The translations under genes and the position numbers were made by a program. Positions 30,501 through 44,300 of a DNA stretch of 64,000 bases are shown in pieces. The DNA is from Utricularia gibba (lineage: Eukaryota > Plantae > Magnoliophyta). A model generated the notes under the pieces. That model was given only the letters and a program-made list of their open reading frames with translations. It did no database searches and was not told where the DNA came from. The stretch is taken from the NCBI GenBank assembly GCA_002189035.1, contig NEEC01000035.1:31409-95408 (forward strand), written 5' to 3'. The stretch's first letter is position 1. Every line of letters begins with the position of its first letter.

Positions 30501-33500
30501 CAATAAACGCAGATTTTTGCAAGCGAAAATCACAATCGCGTCGATTCTCGTGTTCCGAACTCATCGTCGCGAACGTGGTGGCCAATTTGTGGCACATCTG
30601 AAGGCTAATATAAGGCGATAATTCGAGCTCTGATGCATCCTCGGACGAAGATGCTTTCAACACGGAAGCTGACCGGCACGGAAAGGGTTCGAAACGGTAT
30701 GCCGGCGCAGCGTGACTCATCTTGATCTTCAAGATATCGACGAAGATGCCGAACGGTGTGCGAGGCCACCATGAGGCTGCGGGTAGGAACACACCTAGAG
30801 CTTGTTCAGAGATCGCCTCGAAAACCCATACTTCACGTCACCCAATAAAACGCAGATGTTTTGCAAGGCGAAAATCACAATCGCGTCGATTCTCGTGTTC
30901 CGAGTCGCATCGTCGCGAACGTGGTGGCCAATTTGTGGCACATCTGAAGGCTAAATAAGGCGATAATTCGAGCTCTGATGCATCCTCGGACGAAGATGCT
31001 TTCAACACGGAAGCTGACCGGCACGGAAAGGGGTTCGAAACGGTATGCGGCGCAGCGTGACTCATCTTGATTTTCAAGATATCGACGAATACCGAACGGT
31101 GTGCGAGGCCACCATGAGGCTGCGGGTAGGACACACCAGAGCTTGTTCAGAGATCGCTCGAAAACCCATACTTCACGTCACCCAATAAAACGCAGATGTT
31201 TTGCAAGGCGAAAATCACAATCGCGTCGATTCTCGTGTTCCGAGTCGCATCGTCGCGAACGTGGTGGCCAATTTGTGGCACATCTGAAGGCTAATATAAG
31301 GCGATAATTCGAGCTCTGATGCATCCTCGACGAAGATGCTTTCAACACGGAAGCTGACCGGCACGGAAAGGGGTTCGAAACGGTATGCCGGCGCAGCGTG
31401 ACTCATCATTTCAGATATCGCCGAATACCGAACGGTGTGCGAGGCCACCATGAGGCTGCGGGTAGGGACACACCCAGAGCTTGTTCAGAGATCGCTCGAA
31501 AACCCATACTTCACGTCATCCAATAAAACGCAGATCTTTTGCAAGCGAAAATCACAATCGCGTCGATTCTCGTGTTCGCATCGTCGCGAACGTGGTGGCC
31601 AATTTGTGGCACATCTGAAGGCTAATATAAGGCGATAATTCGAGCTCTGATGCATCCTCGGACGAAGATGCTTTCAACACGGAAGCTGACCGGCACGGAA
31701 AGGGGTTCGAAACGGTATGCCGGGCGCAGCGTGACTCATCTTGATCTTCAAGATATCGACGAATGCCGAACGGTGTGCGAGGCCACCATGAGGCTGCGGG
31801 TAGGAACACACCAGAGCTTGTTCAGAGATCGCTCGAAAACCCATACTTCACGTCACCCAATAAAACGCAGATGTTTTGCAAGGCGAAAATCACAATCGCG
31901 TCGATTCTCGTGTTCCGAGTCGCATCGTCGCGAACGTGGTGGCCAATTTGTGGCACATCTGAAGGCTAATATAAGGCGATAATTCGAGCTCTGATGCATC
32001 CTCGGACGAAGATGCTTTCAACACGGAAGCTGACCGGCACGGAAAGGGGTTCGAAACGGTATGCCGGCGCAGCGTGACTCATCTTGATCTTCAAGATATC
32101 GACGAGATGCCGAACGTGTGCGAGCCACCATGAGGCTGCGGGTAGGAACACACCTAGAGCTTGTTCAGAGATCGCTCGAAAACCCATACTTCACGTCACC
32201 CAATAAAAAACAGATGTTTTGCAAGCGAAAATCACAATCGCGTCGATTCTCGTGTTCCGAGTCGCATCGTCGCGAACGTGGTGGCCAATTTGTGGCACAT
32301 CTGAAGGCTAATATAAGGCGATAATTCGAGCTCTGATGCATCCTCGGACGAAGATGCTTTCAACACGGAAGCTGACCGGCACGGAAAGGGGTTCGAAACG
32401 GTATGCCGGCGCAGCGTGACTCATCTTGATTTCAAGATATCGACGAATACCGAACGGTGTGCGAGGCCACCATGAGGCTGCGGGTAGGACACACCCAGAG
32501 CTTGTTCAGAGATCGCATCGAAAACCCATACTTCACGTCATCCAATAAAACGCAGATGTTTTGCAAGCGAAAATCACAATCGCGTCGATTCTCGTGTTCC
32601 GAAACTCATCGTCGCGAACGTGGTGGCCAATTTGTGGCACATCTGAAGGCTAATATAAGGCGATAATTCGAGCTCTGATGCATCCTCGGACGAAGATGCT
32701 TTCAACACGGAAGCTGACCGGCACGGAAAGGGGTTCGAAACGGTATGCCGGCGCAGCGTGACTCATCGATTTCAAGATATCGACGAGATGCCGAACGGTG
32801 TGCGAGGCCACCATGAGGCTGCGGGTAGGACACACCAGAGCTTGTTCAGAGATCGCCTCGAAAACCCATACTTCACGTCACCCAATAAAACGCAGATGTT
32901 TTGCAAGGCGAAAATCACAATCGCGTCGATTCTCGTGTTCCGAGTCATCGTCGCGAACGTGGTGGCCAATTTGTGGCACATCTGAAGGCTAATATAAGGC
33001 GATAATTCGAGCTCTGATGCATCCTCGGACGAAGATGCTTTCAACACGGAAGCTGACCGGCACGGAAAGGGGTTCGAAACGGTATGCCGGGCGCAGCGTG
33101 ACTCATCGATTTCAGATATCGACGAATCCGAACGGTGTGCGAGGCCACCATGAGGCTGCGGGTAGGGACACACCCAGAGCTTGTTCAGAGATCGCTCGAA
33201 AACCCATACTTCACGTCATCCAATAAAACGCAGATGTTTTGCAAGCGAAAATCACAATCGCGTCGATTCTCGCGCATCGTCGCGAACGTGGTGGCCAATT
33301 TGTGGCACATCTGAAGGCTAATATAAGGCGATAATTCGAGCTCTGATGCATCCTCGGACGAAGATGCTTTCAACACGGAAGCTGACCGGCACGGAAAGGG
33401 GTTCGAAACGGTATGCCGGCGCAGCGTGACTCATCTTGATCTTCAAGATATCGACGAGATGCCGAACGGTGTGCGAGGCCACCATGAGGCTGCGGGTAGG

Positions 33501-36500
33501 AACACCCAGAGCTTGTTCAGAGATCGCTCGAAAACCCATACTTCACGTCACCCAATAAAACGCAGATGTTTTGCAAGGCGAAAATCACAATCGCGTCGAT
33601 TCTCGTGTTCCGAGTCGCATCGTCGCGAACGTGGTGGCCAATTTGTGGCACATCTGAAGGCTAATATAAGGCGATAATTCGAGCTCTGATGCATCCTCGG
33701 ACGAAGATGCTTTCAACACGGAGCTGACCGGCACGGAAGGGGTTCGAAACGGTATGCCCGGCGCAGCGTGACTCATCTTGATTTCAAATATCGACGAGAT
33801 GCCGAACGGTGTGCGAGGCCACCATGAGGCTGCGGGTAGGAACACACCTAGAGCTTGTTCAGAGATCGCCTCGAAAACCCATACTTCACGTCACCCAATA
33901 AAACGCAGATGTTTTGCAAGCGAAAATCACAATCGCGTCGATTCTCGTGTTCCGAGTCGCATCGTCGCGAACGTGGTGGCCAATTTGTGGCACATCTGAA
34001 GGCTAATATAAGGCGATAATTCGAGCTCTGATGCATCCTCGGACGAAGATGCTTTCAACACGGAAGCTGACCGGCACGGAAAGGGGTTCGAAACGGTATG
34101 CCGGCGCAGCGTGACTCATCATTTCAAGATATCGACGAATGCCGAACGGTGTGCGAGGCCACCATGAGGCTGCGGGTAGGGACACACCAGAGCTTGTTCA
34201 GAGATCGCTCGAAAACCCATACTTCACGTCATCCAATAAAACGCAGATCTTTTGCAAGCCGAAAATCACAATCGCGTCGATTCTCGTGTTCCGAAACTCA
34301 TCGTCGCGAACGTGGTGGCCAATTTGTGGCACATCTGAAGGCTAATATAAGGCGATAATTCGAGCTCTGATGCATCCTCGGACGAAGATGCTTTCAACAC
34401 GGAAGCTGACCACGGAAGGGTTCGAAACGGTATGCCGGCGCAGCGTGACTCATCTTGATCTTCAAGATATCGACGAGATGCCGAACGGTGTGCGAGGCCA
34501 CCATGAGGCTGCGGGTAGGACACACCAGAGCTTGTTCAGAGATCGCCTCGAAAACCCATACTTCACGTCACCCAATAAAACGCAGATGTTTTGCAAGGCG
34601 AAAATCACAATCGCGTCGATTCTCGTGTTCCGAGTCGCATCGTCGCGAACGTGGTGGCCAATTTGTGGCACATCTGAAGGCTAATATAAGGCGATAATTC
34701 GAGCTCTGATGCATCCTCGGACGAAGATGCTTTCAACACGGAAGCTGACCGGCACGGAAAGGGGTTCGAAACGGTATGCCGGCGCAGCGTGACTCATCAC
34801 GGTTTTCAGATATCGAAATGCCGAACGGTGTGCGAGGCCACCATGAGGCTGCGGGTAGGGACACACCCAGAGCTTGTTCAGAGATCGCATCGAAAACCCA
34901 TACTTCACGTCATCCAATAAAACGCAGATCTTTTGCAAGCGAAAATCACAATCGCGTCGATTCTCGTGTTCCGAAACTCATCGTCGCGAACGTGGTGGCC
35001 AATTTGTGGCACATCTGAAGGCTAATATAAGGCGATAATTCGAGCTCTGATGCATCCTCGGACGAAGATGCTTTCAACACGGAAGCTGACCGGCACGGAA
35101 AGGGGTTCGAAACGGTATGCCGGCGCAGCGTGACTCATCACTTCAGATATCGACGAAATACCGAACGGTGTGCGAGGCCACCATGAGGCTGCGGGTAGGA
35201 CACACCCAGAGCTTGTTCAGAGATCGCCTCGAAAACCCATACTTCACGTCACCCAATAAAACGCAGATGTTTTGCAAGCGAAAATCACAATCGCGTCGAT
35301 TCTCGTGTTCCGAGTGCATCGTCGCGAACGTGGTGGCCAATTTGTGGCACATCTGAAGGCTATATAAGGCGATAATTCGAGCTCTGATGCATCCTCGGAC
35401 GAAGATGCTTTCAACACGGAAGCTGACCGGCACGGAAAGGGGTTCGAAACGGTATGCCGGGCGCAGCGTGACTCATCAGATTTCAAGATATCGACGAATG
35501 CCGAACGGTGTGCGAGGCCACCATGAGGCTGCGGGTAGGACACACCAGAGCTTGTTCAGAGATCGCCTCGAAAACCCATACTTCACGTCATCCAATAAAA
35601 CGCAGATGTTTTGCAAGGCGAAAATCACAATCGCGTCGATTCTCGTGTTCCGAGTCGCATCGTCGCGAACGTGGTGGCCAATTTGTGGCACATCTGAAGG
35701 CTAATAAGGCGATAATTCGAGCTCTGATGCATCCTCGGACGAAGATGCTTTCAACACGGAAGCTGACCGGCACGGAAAGGGGTTCGAAACGGTACGGCGC
35801 AGCGTGACTCATCTTGATCTTCAATATCGACGAGATGCCGAACGGTGTGCGAGGCCACCATGAGGCTGCGGGTAGGAACACACCAGAGCTTGTTCAGAGA
35901 TCGCTCGAAAACCCATACTTCACGTCACCCAATAAAACGCAGATGTTTTGCAAGGCGAAAATCACAATCGCGTCGATTCTCGTGTTCCGAGTCGCATCGT
36001 CGCGAACGTGGTGGCCAATTTGTGGCACATCTGAAGGCTAATATAAGGCGATAATTCGAGCTCTGATGCATCCTCGGACGAAGATGCTTTCAACACGGAA
36101 GCTGACCGCACGGAAAGGGTTCGAAACGGTATGCCGAGCGCAGCGTGACTCATCACGGTTTTCAGATATTACCGAACGGTGTGCGAGGCCACCATGAGGC
36201 TGCGGGTAGGGACACACCAGAGCTTGTTCAGAGATCGCCTCGAAAACCCATACTTCACGTCATCCAATAAAACGCAGATCTTTTGCAAGCCGAAAATCAC
36301 AATCGCGTCGATTCTCGTGTTCCGAGTCGTCGCGAACGTGGTGGCCAATTTGTGGCACATCTGAAGGCTAATATAAGGCGATAATTCGAGCTCTGATGCA
36401 TCCTCGGACGAAGATGCTTTCAACACGGAAGCTGACCGGCACGGAAAGGGGTTCGAAACGGTATGCCGGGCGCAGCGTGACTCATCTTGATCTTCAAGAT

Positions 36501-39500
36501 ATCGACGAGATGCCGAACGGTGTGCGAGGCCACCATGAGGCTGCGGGTAGGAACACACCAGAGCTTGTTCAGAGATCTTGTTCAGATGATCGCGTCTCGA
36601 AAACCCAATTTGTGGCACATCTGAAGGCTAATATAAGGCGATAATTCGAGCTCTGATGCATCCTCGGACGAAGATGCTTTCAACACGGAAGCTGACCGGC
36701 ACGGAAAGGGGTTCGAAACGGTATGCCGGGCGCAGCGTGACTCATCTTGCAAGCGAAGATCGCCGAACGGTCGAGGCCGAATCTGCGGGCTCGATTCTCG
36801 TCGAAAACCCATACTTCACGTCACCCAATAAAACCAGATGTTTTGCAAGGCGAAAATCACAATCGCGTCGATTCTCGTGTTCCGAACGTGGTGGCCAATT
36901 TGTGGCACATCTGAAGGCTAATATAAGGCGATAATTCGAGCTCTGATGCATCCTCGGACGAAGATGCTTTCAACACGGAAGCTGACCGGCACGGAAAGGG
37001 GTTCGAAACGGTATGCCGGCGCAGCGTGACTCATCACTTTTCAGGATATCGACGAATACCGAACGGTGTGCGAGGCCACCATGAGGCTGCGGGTAGGGAC
37101 ACACCCAGAGCTTGTTCAGAGATCGCTCGAAAACCCATACTTCACGTCATCCAATAAAACGCAGATCTTTTGCAAGCGAAAATCACAATCGCGTCGATTC
37201 TCGTGTTCCGAAACTCATCGTCGCGAACGTGGTGGCCAATTTGTGGCACATCTGAAGGCTAATATAAGGCGATAATTCGAGCTCTGATGCATCCTCGGAC
37301 GAAGATGCTTTCAACACGGAAGCTGACCGGCACGGAAAGGGGTTCGAAACGGTATGCCGCGCAGCGTGACTCATCTTGATTTCAGATATCGACGAAATAC
37401 CGAACGGTGTGCGAGGCCACCATGAGGCTGCGGGTAGGACACACCAGAGCTTGTTCAGAGATCGCCTCGAAAACCCATACTTCACGTCATCCAATAAAAC
37501 GCAGATGTTTTGCAAGGCGAAAATCACAATCGCGTCGATTCTCGTGTTCCGAGTCGCATCGTCGCGAACGTGGTGGCCAATTTGTGGCACATCTGAAGGC
37601 TAATATAAGGCGATAATTCGAGCTCTGATGCATCCTCGGACGAAGATGCTTTCAACACGGAAGCTGACCGGCACGGAAAGGGGTTCGAAACGGTATGCCG
37701 GCGCAGCGTGACTCATCACGGTTTTCAGGATATCCCGAAATACCGAACGGTGTGCGAGGCCACCATGAGGCTGCGGGTAGGACACACCAGAGCTTGTTCA
37801 GAGATCGCTCGAAAACCCATACTTCACGTCACCCAATAAAACGCAGATGTTTTGCAAGGCGAAAATCACAATCGCGTCGATTCTCGTGTTCCGAGTCGCA
37901 TCGTCGCGAACGTGGTGGCCAATTTGTGGCACATCTGAAGGCTAATATAAGGCGATAATTCGAGCTCTGATGCATCCTCGGACGAAGATGCTTTCAACAC
38001 GGAAGCTGACCGGCACGGAAAGGGGTTCGAAACGGTATGCCGGGCGCAGCGTGACTCATTTTTCAGATATCGATACCGAACGGTGTGCGAGGCCACCATG
38101 AGGCTGCGGGTAGGGACACACCCAGAGCTTGTTCAGAGATCGCCTCGAAAACCCATACTTCACGTCACCCAATAAAACAGATGTTTTGCAAGCGAAAATC
38201 ACAATCGCGTCGTTCTCGTGTTCCGATCGCATCGTCGCGAACGTGGTGGCCAATTTGTGGCACATCTGAAGGCTAATATAAGGCGATAATTCGAGCTCTG
38301 ATGCATCCTCGGACGAAGATGCTTTCAACACGGAAGCTGACCGGCACGGAAAGGGGTTCGAAACGGTATGCCGGGCGCAGCGTGGATATCGACGATGCCG
38401 AACGGTGTGCGAGGCCACCATGAGGCTGCGGGTAGGGACACACCAGAGCTTGTTCAGAGATCGCCTCGAAAACCCATACTTCACGTCACCCAATAAAACG
38501 CAGATGTTTTGCAAGGCGAAAATCACAATCGCGTCGATTCTCGTGTTCCGTCGCATCGAACGTGGTGGCCAATCACATCTGAAGAATATAAGGCGATAAT
38601 TCGAGCTCTGATGCATCCTCGGACGAAGATGCTTTCAACACGGAAGCTGACCGGCACGGAAAGGGGTTCGAAACGGTATGCCGGCGCAGCGTGACTCATC
38701 TTGAAAGATATCGACGAATAACGGTGTGCGAGGCCACCATGAGGCTGCGGGTAGCACACCTGAGTTGTTCAGAGATCGCCTCGAAAACCCATACTTCACG
38801 TCATCCAATAAAACGCAGATGTTTTGCAAGGCGAAAATCACAATCGCGTCGATTCTCGTGTTCCGAGTCGCATCGTCGCGAACGTGGTGGCCAATTTGTG
38901 GCACATCTGAAGGCTAAATAAGGCGATAATTCGAGCTCTGATGCATCCTCGGACGAAGATGCTTTCAACACGGAAGCTGACCGGCACGGAAAGGGTTCGA
39001 AACGGTATGCCGGGCGCAGCGTGACTCATCTTGATCTTCAAGATATCGACGAATGCCGAACGGTGTGCGAGGCCACCATGAGGCTGCGGGTAGGACACAC
39101 CCAGAGCTTGTTCAGAGATCGCCTCGAAAACCCATACTTCACGTCATCCAATAAAACGCAGATCTTTTGCAAGCCGAAAATCACAATCGCGTCGATTCTC
39201 GTGTTCCGAAACTCATCGTCGCGAACGTGGTGGCCAATTTGTGGCACATCTGAAGGCTAATATAAGGCGATAATTCGAGCTCTGATGCATCCTCGGACGA
39301 AGATGCTTTCAACACGGAAGCTGACCGGCACGGAAAGGGGTTCGAAACGGTATGCCGGCGCAGCGTGACTCATCATTTCAGGATATCGAAATACCGAACG
39401 GTGTGCGAGGCCACCATGAGGCTGCGGGTAGGGACACACCCAGAGCTTGTTCAGAGATCGCTCGAAAACCCATACTTCACGTCACCAATAAAACGCAGAT

Positions 39501-41399
39501 GTTTTGCAAGGCGAAAATCACAATCGCGTCGATTCTCGTGTTCCGACGCATCGTCGCGAACGTGGTGGCCAATTTGTGGCACATCTGAAGGCTAATATAA
39601 GGCGATAATTCGAGCTCTGATGCATCCTCGGACGAAGATGCTTTCAACACGGAAGCTGACCGGCACGGAAAGGGTTCGAAACGGTATGCCGGGCGCAGCG
39701 TGACTCATCTTGATCTTCAAGATATCGACGAGATGCCGAACGGTGTGCGAGGCCACCATGAGGCTGCGGGTAGGAACACACCTAGAGCTTGTTCAGAGAT
39801 CGCCTCGAAAACCCATACTTCACGTCACCCAATAAAACGCAGATGTTTTGCAAGGCGAAAATCACAATCGCGTCGATTCTCGTGTTCCGAGTCGCATCGT
39901 CGCGAACGTGGTGGCCAATTTGTGGCACATCTGAAGGCTAATAAAGGCGATAATTCGAGCTCTGATGCATCCTCGGACGAAGATGCTTTCAACACGGAAG
40001 CTGACCGGCACGGAAAGGGGTTCGAAACGGTATGCCGGCGCAGCGTGACTCATCTTGATTTCAGATATCGACGAGATGCCGAACGGTGTGCGAGGCCACC
40101 ATGAGGCTGCGGGTAGGACACACCCAGAGCTTGTTCAGAGATCGCATCGAAAACCCATACTTCACGTCATCCAATAAAACGCAGATCTTTTGCAAGCGAA
40201 AATGCGTCGATTCTCGTGTTCCGAGTCGCATCGTCGCGAACGTGGTGGCCAATTTGTGGCACATCTGAAGGCTAATATAAGGCGATAATTCGAGCTCTGA
40301 TGCATCCTCGGACGAAGATGCTTTCAACACGGAAGCTGACCGGCACGGAAAGGGTTCGAAACGGTCCGGCGCAGCGTGACTCATCTTGATCTTCAAGATA
40401 TCGACGAGATGCCGAACGGTGTGCGAGGCCACCATGAGGCTGCGGGTAGGAACACACCAGAGCTTGTTCAGAGATCGCTCGAAAACCCATACTTCACGTC
40501 ACCCAATAAAACGCAGATGTTTTGCAAGCGAAAATCACAATCGCGTCGATTCTCGTGTTCCGAATCGTCGCGAACGTGGTGGCCAATTTGTGGCACATCT
40601 GAAGGCTAATATAAGGCGATGAGCTCTGATGCATCCTCGGACGAAGATGCTTTCAACACGGAAGCTGACCGGCACGGAAAGGGGTTCGAAACGGTATGCC
40701 GGGCGCAGCGTGACTCATCTTTCAAGATATCGACGAGCCGAACGGTGTGCGAGGCCACCATGAGGCTGCGGGTAGGACACACCAGAGCTTGTTCAGAGAT
40801 CGCCTCGAAAACCCATACTTCACGTCACCCAATAAAACGCAGATGTTTTGCCGAAAATCACAATCGCGTCGATTCTCGTGTTCCGATCGCATCGTCGCGA
40901 ACGTGGTGGCCAATTTGTGGCACATCTGAAGGCTAATATAAGGCGATAATTCGAGCTCTGATGCATCCTCGGACGAAGATGCTTTCAACACGGAAGCTGA
41001 CCGGCACGGAAAGGGGTTCGAAACGGTATGCCGGGCGCAGCGTGACTCATTTGATCTTCAAGATATCGACGAGATGCCGAACGGTGTGCGAGGCCACCAT
41101 GAGGCTGCGGGTAGGAACACCAGAGCTTGTTCAGAGATCGCAAAACCCATACTTCACGTTAAAACGCAGATGTTTTGCAAGCGAAAATCACAATCGCGTC
41201 GATTCTCGTGTTCCGAGTCGTCGTCGCGAACGTGGTGGCCAATTTGTGGCACATCTGAAGGCTAATATAAGGCGATAATTCGAGCTCTGATGCATCCTCG
41301 GACGAAGATGCTTTCAACACGGAAGCTGACCGGCACGGAAAGGGTTCGAAACGGTATGCCGGCGCAGCGTGACTCATCTCTTCAAGATATCGACGAATG

Positions 41400-44300
41400 C
41401 CGAACGGTGTGCGAGGCCACCATGAGGCTGCGGGTACACACCCAGAGCTAGAGATCGTTGTCGTGTTCCCTCAGAGATCGCGACGTGGATAAAACGCGTC
41501 GATGACATCGTCGCGAACGTGGTTAATCTGAAGGCTAATATAAGGCGATAATTCGAGCTCTGATGCATCCTCGGACGAAGATGCTTTCAACACGGAAGCT
41601 GACCGGCACGGAAAGGGGTTCGAAACGGTATGCCGGGCGCAGCGTGACTCATCTCTTCAAGTGTCGAGGCCACCATGAGGCTGCGGGTATCAGAGATCGC
41701 GAGTGTGTGCGTCGATGGCCTCATCGAAAACACATCTGAAGGCTAATATAAGGCGATAATTCGAGCTCTGATGCATCCTCGGACGAAGATGCTTTCAACA
41801 CGGAAGCTGACCGGCACGGAAAGGGGTTCGAAACGGTATGCTTCGCTGCCGAAAACCATGCCGGGTATAGCGTCGATCACGTCATCCGCAGATAAAGTCG
41901 AAGATAACGTGGTGGCGACATCTGAATCGATAATTCGAATGCATCCTCGGACGAAGATGCTTTCAACACGGAAGCTGACCGGCACGGAAAGGGGTTCGAA
42001 ACGGTATGCCGGCGCAGCGTGACTCATCCTTCAGATATCGATGCCCGAACGGTGTGCGAGGCCACCATGAGGCTGCGGGTAGGGAACACACCTTGTTCAG
42101 AGATCGCCTCGAAAACCCATACTTCACGTCACCCAATAAAACAGATGTTTTGCAAGGCGAAAATCACAATCGCGTCGATTCTCGTGTTCCGAGTCGCATC
42201 GTCGCGAACGTGGTGGCCAATTTGTGGCACATCTGAAGGCTAATATAAGGCGATAATTCGAGCTCTGATGCATCCTCGGACGAAGATGCTTTCAACACGG
42301 AAGCTGACCGGCGGACGAAACGGTATGCCGGGCGCAGCGTGACTCATCTTGGGGTTCGAAACGGTATGCCGGAGCGCAGATGTGATGATCGAAAATTCAT
42401 CTGATACGAGAGCTCCATCCTCGGACGAAGATGCTTTCAACACGGAAGCTGACCGGCACGGAAAGGGGTTCGAAACGGTATGCCGCCAGCCATGAGGCTG
42501 CGGTCTCACACCAGAGCTTGTTCAGAGATCGCATCGAAAACCCATACTTCACGTCATCCAATAAAACGCAGATCTTTTGCAAGGCGAAAATCACAATCGC
42601 GTCGATTCTCGTGTTCCGAGTCGCATCGTCGCGAACGTGGTGGCCAATTTGTGGCACATCTGAAGGCTCGATAATTCGAGCTCTGATGCATCCTCGGACG
42701 AAGATGCTTTCAACACGGAAGCTGACCGGCACGGAAAGGGGTTCGAAACGGTATGCAGCGTGGGACGCGATCGAAAACCCATATAAGTCATCCAATAAAA
42801 CGCAGATCTTTTGCAAGCCGAAAATTCGACAAACTCATGCCGCGCACGAGAGATCTTTCAACACGGAAGCTGACCGGCACGGAAAGGGGTTCGAAACGGT
42901 ATGAGCAGAACGACTAAAGGCCACCATGAGGCTGCGGGTAGGAACACACCTAGAGCTTGTTCAGAGATCGCCTCGAAAACCCATACTTCACGTCACGAGA
43001 TGTTTTGCAAGGCGAAAATCACAATCGCGTCGATTCTCGTGTTCCGAGTCGCATCGTCGCGAACGTGGTGGCCAATTTGTGGCACATCGGAAGGCTAATA
43101 TAAGGCGATTCATTCGAGCTCTGATGCATCCTCGGACGAAGATGCTTTCAACACGAAGCTGACCGGCACGGAAAGGGTTTGAAACGGTATGCCGGGCGCA
43201 GCGTGACTCATCACGGTTTCAGGATATCTACCGAACGGTGTGCGAGGCCACCATGAGGCTGCGGGTAGGGACACACCCAGAGCTTGTTCAGAGATCGCAT
43301 CGAAAACCATACTTCACGTCACCAATAAAACGCAGATCTTTTGCAAGCCGAAAATCACAATCGCGTCGATTCTCGTGTTCCGAAACTCATCGTCGCGAAC
43401 GTGGTTTTGTGGCACATCTGAAGGCTAATATAAGGCGATAATTCGAGCTCTGATGCATCCTCGGACGAAGATGCTTTCAACACGGAAGCTGACCGGCACG
43501 GAAAGGGGTTCGAAACGGTATGCCGGCGCAGCGTGACTCATCACGGTTTTCAGGATATCGCCGAAATACCGAACGGTGTGCGAGGCCACCATGAGGCTGC
43601 GGGTAGGGACACACCCAGAGCTTGTTCAGAGATCGCAAAATCCATACTTCACGTCGATCCAATAAAACGCATCTTTTGCAAGCGAAAATCACAATCGCGT
43701 CGATTCTCGTGTCTGATTCATCGAAGTGGTGGCCAATTTGTGGCACATCTGAAGGCTAATATAAGGCGATAATTCGAGCTCTGATGCATCCTCGGACGAA
43801 GATGCTTTCAACACGGAAGCTGACCGGCACGGAAAGGGGTTCGAAACGGTATGCCGGCGCAGCGTGACTCATCACGGTTTTTCTTCGAAGAATAGAGAAG
43901 GTGTGCGAACGGCCACCATGAGGCTGCGGGTAGGACACACCAGAGCTTGTTCAGAGATCGCCTCGAAAACCCATACTTCACGTCACCCAATAAAACCAGA
44001 TGTTTTGCAAGGCGAAAATCACAATCGCGTCGATTCTCGTGTTCCGAGTCGCATCGTCGCGAACGTGGTGGCCAATTTGTGGCACATCTGAAGGCTAATA
44101 TAAGGCGATAATTCGAGCTCTGATGCATCCTCGGACGAAGATGCTTTCAACACGGAAGCTGACCGGCACGGAAAGGGGTTCGAAACGGTATGCCGGGCGC
44201 AGCGTGACTCATCACTTTCAGGATATCCGATAATACCGAACGGTGTGCGAGGCCACCATGAGGCTGCGGGTAGGGACACACCCAGAGCTTGTTCAGAGCT

